Origin: Octopus sinensis
Taxonomy: Eukaryota
Reading direction: 5' to 3'
NCBI RefSeq assembly: GCF_006345805.1
Contig: NC_042997.1
Coordinates: forward strand, 94,674,001 to 94,738,000
Length of the DNA: 64,000 nt
Positions 54,102 to 64,000 of this stretch are shown here, one piece after another (positions within the stretch are counted from its first letter, which is position 1; each line of letters starts with the position of its first letter). The notes under the pieces were generated by a model, which was not told the origin of the DNA, searched no databases, and saw nothing but the letters and a program-made list of their open reading frames with translations. A program made the position numbers and the translations under genes.

Positions 54102-54435
54102 CTGGAAAGAAACAGAAAACAATATATATCATTTATATTTGTGTAAACTGGCTCACTGTAGTGGTTCATGATTTACTTAACACTCTAGATGAAGTAAAAT
54201 TTTGAATGAAGATTATGTGGCAAGAAAACAGATAAATATTTTTCATTAGCGTGTACAATCAAGATTTCTATCTGTAAATAATTAACTGAGAGCAGAACGA
54301 TCATACATTTCACTGACTCCTCCTTAATTGATTCAACAAAGGAATAATGTGCCGTAAAAGTCGTTTCTTTTATTAATACTGTCTGCATATTTCTCTATTT
54401 CTGTCTCTCTCTCACACTCAAACACACACACTCAC

Positions 54436-54498
<63 letters not shown>

Positions 54499-54775
54499 GT
54501 CTATCTATGTGTGCGTGCGTGCGTATCTCTCTGTGTGTACACACACAAACACATCTTTTATTTTTTTCCTTGTTTCAGTCTAATGCCATCGTGAGGCACG
54601 CATGGAAAAAAGTTTTTATCGAATGTGTCGAGCCCAGCACTTTTTTAAGGCTTATAACAATTCCAATGATTATCTTTGTCGAAATGTTAAGTTCCAAGAA
54701 TGTAAACACAGATAGAGGGATACACATGCGCGTGCGCACACATACAGACACAAAACACAGACATACACACAAACC

Positions 54776-54858
<83 letters not shown>

Positions 54859-55687
54859 CATACATAAATGCATATGTATATATATATATGATTTTCACGT
54901 TTTATTTACAATCTTATAATGATATAATATAATATAATAAAATAAAATAAAATAATAGAATGTTAAATGTTCATTCTGATTGAACTGGTACTTTCATGAA
55001 TTAAATTCTGCAATCTCCAGGTTCATGTAGTAGTGGTGACAGTCATGCTTCACAACTTTTGACTGTAGCGAGATGATTGAATCTGTACTTTAAATACAGC
55101 TGTGTAGGCTCCAGATGCTAGGTTTTGCAAACTGTATTCTGACCAATCAGTGTGTAGTATCACTCAATTACTTAAGCTGATTGGTTGGTTGAGCTGATTG
55201 GTTTAGGCGTCACGCTTTGTTGGACATGTCAAGAGTCCTGTATCTTGACCCTGGCCGAAGCAGCAATTGTTGGGCTTTTAGAAATGTTTTAAATAGCCTT
55301 TGTCAGAGATTTTTATATTTTTATATTTCAATTGTCATCATCATCATTGTCAGCACCTTAATTATTGTTGCTAATGGTGATGGGGGTGGCAATAGAACTT
55401 TTAACCCTAAATAAGATAATTTTCCTGCTATCTAAGTACTATTATTATTGCTTATTTAGCTTGGGTTCGAATTTATCAATAAAATTCTTTTCTCTGATTT
55501 TCCTCTCGATTTCACTTGGGCTATGTAATTTGTAGAATGGAAATATTATATATATTTTCCGGCCACATGTTGCTAGGTGGTTACTCAAAGGTATCTGACG
55601 GACCTCTGGGTCTCTAATCTGTTGCCGGTGTACACGTGAGCGTTCTGATAGTGCGTTTCCCGTCTGACCTACATATATTTCTTCACA

Positions 55688-55743
<56 letters not shown>

Positions 55744-56369
55744 GCTACGGACTTCCACATAGATTCCATCTACCAAATTCATTCCCAAAACATTGGTTTC
55801 TCTGGGGCTATCATAAAATACATTTACCCAAAGTACCAAACAGAACTGAATCCGAAACCTCGTGTTTGCAAGTCGAGTTTGTTAACCACACAACATGGCT
55901 TTTCAAAGACTTATAACTTTGGGCTAAATAGCTCCTGCTTTTTTTTAAAAGTTGATCGTCTTCATCATCATTGTCGTTAAGCATATTTCATACTTCACTT
56001 ATCTGAAATATTTGCCGAACACTAAATCGACGATGCGTAACGACAATTCATTTTAGAGAGATCACAATGGCATGTCCTAAGACATTAATTATTCTAATGT
56101 GTTATAAAAGTCATTCAGCTTGGTATTTCCCTACATATATCAGGCACAACCATATCCTACTATCTCAGCCCACACATTGCACGTTTATAGCTGTAGTAAA
56201 TTTGACACTCTTGAAGGAATTCAGTCACTCGCCGTCGTTCGAAATGTATTTATTTCTATTTCAGCAAATGAAAAGTAGGCATCGGCAATGTAAATCACGT
56301 CTTAGTCCGTTGCACTTTATGCTAGTTATCTCATCCTTCGCATCACAGCAATGGCAAGAGAGTGCTTAC

Positions 56370-56421
56370 CAGCGATATAGAAAACTCCTATATTCTCCCT
56401 TAAGAAGGAGAGCTTTATAAA
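56370..56421 (-). CDS. Candidate 52-nt exon (FIKLSFLRENIGVFYIA)
   Basis: Donor CTG|gtaagc, acceptor atttgcctag, phase 0 in and phase 1 out. Confidence 0.5.
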
Positions 56422-56790
56422 CTAGGCAAATTCATTTCGTAAAACCTACTTTATTTTTAGTCACATTTACTTCTCAGCACCACACTGAATACGCTTCTCC
56501 CTCTTGAACATACTCTAAAAATTTTAACCCCAGAATTCCGCTCGACGTTGTAATACCCGCAACGTTTGTTCCTACAGGTATTGATCGTTTATGCTGCATG
56601 TACAGATGAGTTAAATGTGTAGAGTTTTTCTTTATCTTGCTTGAAAAATATAATGTTTCAATGTGGTATAGAGAAATTCAATATGCAGAATTTATGTGGA
56701 AGCCCGGTAAAATGTATTCTGCCACGCCTACTCGATATGAGCATTAGCCATAAGAACTAGGAATGTTAAATGCGACGGATTTCATCACAC

Positions 56791-56913
56791 GAAAGGAAGA
56801 TCAATAAAACAAGACGCAATCACATTAGATACCAGCTTCATGGACCTAACATCAATATTAATGTTTACTATTTTGCTAATATGGAGCATATTTATTATTA
56901 ATAAAAGACCTAT
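56791..56913 (-). CDS. Candidate 123-nt exon (IGLLLIINMLHISKIVNINIDVRSMKLVSNVIASCFIDLPF)
   Basis: Acceptor ttcgtttgtttcatgcag and a single open frame. Donor gtgtga is uncertain; gtatct after MKL is an alternative. Confidence 0.45.
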
Positions 56914-57311
56914 CTGCATGAAACAAACGAATCTATATATGCAATTTAAATCATTGCTGATCTGAAGGTCATTTGCAAACAATTATATTCTCTTGTTGAA
57001 TATGTGTTCGTAATAGTAGAGGTGAATTTTGCAAGCCTTGGAGTATAAATATTCTGTCTTTGAGAAATAATTTCCCAAGGCAATTATCCTATAAAATCCA
57101 ATTGGTGTTATATGTGACCTATAACACTAGTAATCTTAATTGTTATTTCGTCAATGTATTTTCTGTTATCGAAATCTTAGCGATACATTATGTAAATTTT
57201 TTCTTCAATTAATATTCAGACCCAAATACAAAGGTATACACAGAACTATATATCTATATGTACGAAGTAACAAACACACGCAGGCACTAATATGCGTACA
57301 TATATACGTAC

Positions 57312-57312
<1 letters not shown>

Positions 57313-57342
<30 letters not shown>

Positions 57343-57496
57343 TGTATGTATGTATGTATGTATGTATGTATGTTTGTATGTATGTATTACGTATGCATGC
57401 ATGTATGTATGTATGTATTACGTATGCATGCATGTATGTATGTATGTATGTATGTATGTATGTATGTATGCATGTATGTATGTATGTATGTATGTA
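57313..57496. repeat. (TATG)n microsatellite
   Basis: Direct reading of the sequence. Confidence 0.95.
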
Positions 57497-57569
57497 CAGT
57501 GTGTGGACGGTATTTGGGTACAGAATTATGGCTTTTAAAAAAACGCTTAAAAACTGGATCTTTATAAAA

Positions 57570-58110
57570 ATAACACAAACATAATACTAAATTATCAATT
57601 TAATAAATTTCACGTAATAAAACCACCATCAGCATCAATAACTGCATCTACGCGTGGTGGATTTCGTTTACAAGCTCGGATTAAATGGCCCTTCTTCATA
57701 TCGGACCAGAATCGAACTATAGCAGCTTTCAAAACATCTTTCTTGCTATGGAGGGTGTTCATTCACATTATTCTCAACGATGTTCCATAATCAGTAGTCC
57801 AGTGGATTGAGATCTGGAGAAGCAGTAGGTCAAATGTTGGGGGTAATAAGATCATGCAAATTGTCGGTCATCCATTCTTTTGTCATTTGAGCCTTGTGTG
57901 ATGGTAAAGACTCTTGTTGAAAGGCATAAGGCTTTCTATTGCATACATCGTTGATCTAAAGCTTAACAACTTTATCCAGAACCTCAATATACGCAGCAAC
58001 ATTCACTATAAGGCCTTGTGGAAAAAAGTGAGGAGGAATCACATGCCCTTCATTCTTTTACTCTTTTGCTGGACTGCTAAGTTACGGGGGCGTACACACA
58101 TCCACCGGTT
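57570..58110 (-). mobile_element. maT/DD37D-like transposase remnant
   Basis: [26 protein letters not shown]...RKPYAFQQESLPSHKAQMTKEWMTDNLHDLITPNI*PTASPDLNPLDY. Confidence 0.85.
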
Positions 58111-58172
58111 ATCAAGTGGTGATGTCAGAACAAAGACAGATACAAAGACACACACACACACATAGATGTATA

Positions 58173-58262
<90 letters not shown>

Positions 58263-58278
58263 TGTTTGTATGTATGTA

Positions 58279-58337
<59 letters not shown>

Positions 58338-59078
58338 GCAGGCTTCTTTCAGTTACCGTCAACCAAATCTACTCAAGAAGCACTAGTCGTCCCAAGACTA
58401 TAATAGAAGACACCTGTCAAAGACGTAAAATGCTTGTTTAAAACTGAAGGTTGTTTGTAGGAAAAATACATATTAAAAAGTTGAGAATTGATATTTCGAG
58501 GGACTGAGTCCCACGTATGCGACTCTCAAATGAAATATGAGATTAAGAATGGAAAACTTTTAAATAACATCATAACGAAAAGAGAGAGAACACTCCAGAC
58601 TAGGTGTCTATATCAGGAAGAAAATCAAATGAAACTTATATAAATATAATATGAATATTGCCGCGTAATATTTGCTTATGTTTCTGTGCTCATTCCTGCG
58701 TGTACATGTGAGCTTGTATGTGTAAGTATTTAGCTTTAGGAATTAGATTTACTACATACAAAGTGAAATCACGTCCACCTCGATCGATTAGTTTTCTGAC
58801 CACTTGTAGTTCGTTACTGCCGGCAACCGCATTGCACTTGTACATCTTATTCGGCTGTGTGTATAATAATTTCCTCAAGGTCTCCTAATAACAAAGAAGA
58901 AATCGTATCATATATACAACACTTTATGTATTTTCTAGATTATTTATTTTGTGTGGCATTTTTCTATTGTTTACACCTGATTATATATTTTCAAGTCCTC
59001 TATCATTGTCAGAGTTATTTTAAACTTTTAAAGTTGTAGATGTTATGTTTATTGATTTCCATAGTGAAACGTACGAAC

Positions 59079-59147
<69 letters not shown>

Positions 59148-59153
59148 GTATAT

Positions 59154-59240
<87 letters not shown>

Positions 59241-59426
59241 AATAAGAGTAAATAATTTCTATAAAGGCTTTTAAAAAAACCCCAATTATTTACTGGTAGA
59301 ATTCGGTATGTAAATATAGCCGATTACCGGCAGGAACTTCTGTAAAGTTCAGTATATATATTGTATATAAGAAAAAGGGACAGGCAAACAGGTTGCTTGA
59401 CCGCATACCGAAAAAATAGAAATAGC

Positions 59427-59581
59427 AGTCAAGAATGCTTATTTCTATCAAAGTTGGACTCCGGGCACGACAAACCCTGTAATTCACATATGCAAAACAG
59501 AAGGAATAGATAATTTGCATATGTGAATTACAGGGTTTGTCGTGCCCGGAGTCCAACTTTGATAGAAATAAGCATTCTTGA

Positions 59582-59583
<2 letters not shown>
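59427..59583. repeat. Perfect 70-bp inverted repeat with a 17-nt loop
   Basis: 59427-59496 is the exact reverse complement of 59514-59583. The right arm abuts (TA)n. Confidence 0.97.
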
Positions 59584-59619
<36 letters not shown>

Positions 59620-59706
59620 TATTAGAGACAAAACCACTATTTTGCAAAACAAACAAGGAAAGACTTAATCAATACATAACATTTTAATAAATAGTCAAAA
59701 AAACCG

Positions 59707-59749
59707 CCACTACAATTGTTTCTTGTCTTGATCGACAATCTTCAGGTGG
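59707..59749 (-). ncRNA. Intact minimal type I hammerhead ribozyme motif
   Basis: ccac CTGAAGA TTGTC-gatcaa-GACAA GAAA CAATTG TA gtgg. All core bases are present, stems I and II are perfect, and stem III is palindromic. Lies in a cassette of about 170 bp between (TA)n tracts. Confidence 0.85.
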
Positions 59750-59780
59750 ACATCCAATAAGTCAGTTTCAAATTTATTAT

Positions 59781-59835
<55 letters not shown>

Positions 59836-61522
59836 TATTTGCATACATACACACAGAGAGGACCCTGCGTTGCTCACACACTCATACACACATGATAATC
59901 CATACACATGCACACAGGACCGTACTCACACACATCTATACACGAAACGCACATCACACCACAGAATGTAATCACAAGGATAGTTATGCACACACACACA
60001 CACACACAAGCCCATAATTTTTAGCTCACCCACACATACATTCACACTCACTTGTCCCTATTCACACATACACGCACACACACAATTCTCACATACACAT
60101 ACGCGCTTGTGCATCTTAGCTCGGCTGGGTCACCGTTATTATTTCCCTTTCACGCAGCCTCCACCTTCCCGCCATTTCATTATGTTGAACAGTTTGTGCT
60201 GCCCTTGTTTTCTTTTTGCATTTGATTGCAAACTTGCCCTGGTGTTTCAAGTAGCCTAGGCAAAAATAGATGCTTTTAATTATTCATTTAGATGAAGAAT
60301 GACAAGATCATAGGTGCGAAGTAAACAGCTGACAGGTTGAAAGGATTATGATCTCCACCATCACTATACAGAATAGGGAATATAAATCTAATTCTTTGTT
60401 GTTAAAGGAAAACATTTGAAAACAAATCCTTGTGGCAGTCATGTTAGCATGGTGCAATGAAAAGCGTTTATTATTTCAAAAATTAAGAAGTAGCTTTCTC
60501 TGTAACCAAAATAGACACACTCGCATATATAGGCACTTCAACAAACGAAAATTTACTTCCTTTATTTTGTTTATCTTCAATTCATCTAAGCTATACTCGT
60601 TCACGACTAACAATTTATAAATTTCTTGACTACTTTCAGTTAATTCCTTAATTATAGATCTCCCTTTGCAGGCTGGCAAGGACACCGAGATGGTGTCATC
60701 CCTTCTGGTGACGTTGATGATCGCCTGGGGCTAAATGCATCAGTAACACCCCCACTACCCCGCCCTGACCCTAGCCACATTCAGATGGCTGATCCCCCTT
60801 ATGTTATAGAGCAGTTACTGTTTATATCTCGCTCAGAGATTTATTATTGCCTTAATTATAGGTTTCTGATTTAAGTATTTTGGACATATTCACCCCCACT
60901 AGATTTTCCCCTAATTTTCATTTCTTTTCCTTCTATTTATCTCCACAACTCATATTCTCACGTCACCGGAATACTCATGCTAGCTACCATGTGCTTTATT
61001 GCTACTCTGTGCCACCCACATCACTTCCCTTACAAAACACATTAGTATCATTATTTTTATCATCAGGTTGATTTTCTTCTCACAACCCTATAACCGTCTA
61101 TCCCTTGTCTCTTTTTAATGTTGTCGCTAGTGGTGAACAAATAATTTTTCTCCCATCAAATGAAATTTGATATTGGTAACAAAGTCCTGACTGACCATTC
61201 TGGGAATCTCTCGTTCAGATACACTAATTAAATCTATATTGCCTTCTCCACCTTTCTTCATAGCCTTGGCACTCCGCCACCTCATCCTCCTCCTCCTCCT
61301 CCTCCTTCTAACATACCTCTGTATGCAACATGTATCATGATCCTGTCTTCGGTTGAAGTGATAGGAGTCATAATGTACAAGCAACTAAACATACAATGCT
61401 TTATCATACCAATTATTTCTGCAAGGAAACTTGTATTTAGTGAGAATTACCTTAAGTATACGTGCGTTTGTGTCTCTGTCTATAGAAACACAAACGTTGT
61501 TATACGTGCATACATACATACA

Positions 61523-61557
<35 letters not shown>

Positions 61558-61769
61558 GCATATGTATACACATACATTTATACACAGACGCACACACACA
61601 AACACACAAGCGTGCGCGCAGCCACACACAGGTGCACATATATACGAATATATTCTTTTACTTGTTTCAGTCATTTGACTGCGGCCATGTTGGAGCACCG
61701 CCTCTAGTCGACTGAGCCCATGACCATGTGGTTCGTAAACAAGTTACTTACTACATAGCCACTCCTGCG

Positions 61770-61829
<60 letters not shown>

Positions 61830-63033
61830 TAATCTCCAAGAGTATTTGTAGTAATGATAAAATATATCAAGTAAAGGCTATATTGACATACACAGGCATT
61901 CCTCTCAGATAATAACATAGTACTTTAATAACTAATCTCGGTGAACTCTCATTTCCATAACAATCTGGTTCAGATCTTACTCTTTGTAAAATATTTGAAA
62001 GTGACTTAGTGCTTTATCTAATTGCATAAACAGAATTCAAGTTATTATATGGTTTATATGACTAATTGCAATTACATTTTTAATAATATTCAAACACATT
62101 TATTTATTTACTCAAATATGTAAGGAGCATAATTTTATGTTTTACTGCGTATTATGCTTTGGGGAATAGGTAATCTCATGCTGTTAAATGAATGAAGCAT
62201 GTAACATATTTCGGGGAAAATAATGTCTTTTAGTGCTATTGAATCAATTATCGTTTATTTCCATTATAATTATTTAGTTGTTTTGTGAATACCTTTGTGT
62301 TAAACAATAAACGCAGTAACTGAAAACTAAATTATCTAGATAGTTTTAGAATTACTATTAATTACTAATCTTCAATAGATTCTAATAAAGCAAAACGTAT
62401 ATTAAAACTTACTATTGGAATATAGTTTTTATTATTGTAAAGGGAAATTATATAAACTGAATTAAATTTCATGCTAAGTTTTCTGATAATTTTTATAATA
62501 AAACGGCATTGTTTTGGCTGAAGTTTTATATTATGCAGTTCAATTTAATATGCAAACGACTACATATAAATACAACAGCCACATAGAGACACAGCAAGAA
62601 TATATTTACATATAAGACGAAAATGTTTGTCCTTGTTTACGTACAGCTGCTTGGGAATACAGCCAGTGTATTTTATCTGTAAGTGGGTGGAGTAAAATAT
62701 TTTCATTGATTAGAAAAAAATTGACATAAAATAAAGATAAAAAGACTAAATTCAAATATTCCAATTAATAGATTAATTAATAACATTGAAGCAATGCTTC
62801 ATATTATTGGGTGTAACAGAAAAAAACGCTTAATTACTTGAAATATGCATGTTTTTTTTCTTTATTCAATTTAATTAGTGGAAGGATTAATGATGGGTTC
62901 TATTCTATACTGAGTTACATCTTGTTTCCTGGCCACCGTTTTATTATTCGCGTAAATGTACAGGTCTACGCATACATCAATTTATATGAGTTATATATTT
63001 ACGCATACACTTATACACACTCGCAAAATTAGA

Positions 63034-64000
63034 TACAGTATCTCACAGAAGTATGTATACCCCTAAAATATTTCAGTAAAATTGCCATTATTCTGATAAT
63101 ATCGAAGGAAATCAAACGAAATCTATACTGAATAAAATACATGCAATCATTATACAAATTTGGAATACAAAACAATAAACATTTTCAAAGACATGAACGA
63201 AATATTTATTTTGAAACGATACAAAAATATGTACACCCTAAAGGATTATTAGCTATATTCAATATTTGGTGTGATCGCGCTTGCTTTCAATGCCTGCATT
63301 AAGTCTTCTTGGCATAGTCGACTAAATTTCCGCATATAACCGCTGAAATCGACCTCCATTCATCCTGAATGATGTCTTTCAACTGTGTTACATTGCGGCG
63401 TGTTTTCTCCTCAACCATTTCAAAACACCCCACAGATGTTCTATTGGGTTTAAATCAGGTTGCATAGTAGGCCAAAGCAATACCTTTAACTTTTTATCAG
63501 ATTAAAACTTAGTTGTCATCTTTGAAGTATATTTAGGGTCATTATCATGTTGGAACTTGATGCTTTTCAACATTGTTTTCTGCAATATATCTTGAATCAT
63601 TAAGCCTTTATTGTTTACTCAATAAATGTGAATCCTCCCACACCAGCCGCACTCATGCGTCCCCAAAGCTTAACACTTCCGCCGCTGTATTTCACGGTAG
63701 GCACGGAACATTTGTCTCTGTTATCTTCACCTGGTCGTCGCCATACGCGTTTAATACCATCAGACCCAAACAAGTTAAGTTTCGTCTCGTCAGAACAAAG
63801 AATTCTATTCCAAAACACCTTCCCCTTACTCAAAAGAAAGACGACTAGATTTATGTCTGGTACTGAGGAGAGACTTCCTACGAGGAATGCGTCCATGAAG
63901 ACCACACTGAGTCAAACTTCGACGAGCTGTTTGGATGGATACACTCTTTCTAGTAACAGAAGACACTTCTTGGGCCACAGACGAAGCGGTACGACGCCTG
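63034..64000 (-). mobile_element. Tc1 (DD34E) transposon, 3' part with IR/DR-type terminal repeat; continues beyond the window
   Basis: FWNRILCSDETKLNLFGSDG...PTVKYSGGSVKLWG, FQHDNDPKYTSK and WPTMQPDLNPIEHLW. Terminus TA-cagtatctcacagaagtatgtatacccct, with an inner repeat acaaaaatatgtacaccct near 63221. Confidence 0.92.

Noticed and set aside
52992-56913. Voltage-sensor-like look of the candidate exons (IADLL...SRLLRAYKLL) and a faint recalled resemblance to MEI1
   Set aside because: The would-be S2/S3 segments are not hydrophobic enough, only part of an S4 pattern is present, and the spacing does not fit MEI1 as I recall it. No gene name is assigned without a search.

Overview
AT-rich eukaryotic DNA saturated with microsatellites: (TA)n, (TATG)n, (CA)n and (TATC)n. 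The SINE families and repeat landscape look like an octopus or other coleoid cephalopod genome; this is inferred from recalled repeat families and was not verified. Most ORFs in the supplied track are microsatellite artefacts or transposon remnants. The window holds four kinds of real content. (1) Decayed mobile elements: CR1/L2-like, RTE and R4/Dong-like LINEs, at least three Penelope-like elements (PLEs), Tc1/mariner/maT remnants, two tandem Helitrons and several tRNA-derived SINEs. (2) A probable uncharacterised protein-coding gene on the minus strand, made of small, mostly phase-compatible exons from about 56.9 kb to 4.05 kb; the ORF track does not show it as a gene. (3) About ten minimal type I hammerhead-ribozyme (HHR) motifs in short non-coding cassettes nested in or beside (TA)n tracts. 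Five mutually unrelated ones share a non-canonical CCGANGA core, and two have a compensatory U3-A8 core. (4) Many fold-back and inverted structures. All calls were made by eye with no database searches, and element boundaries are approximate unless termini are quoted.
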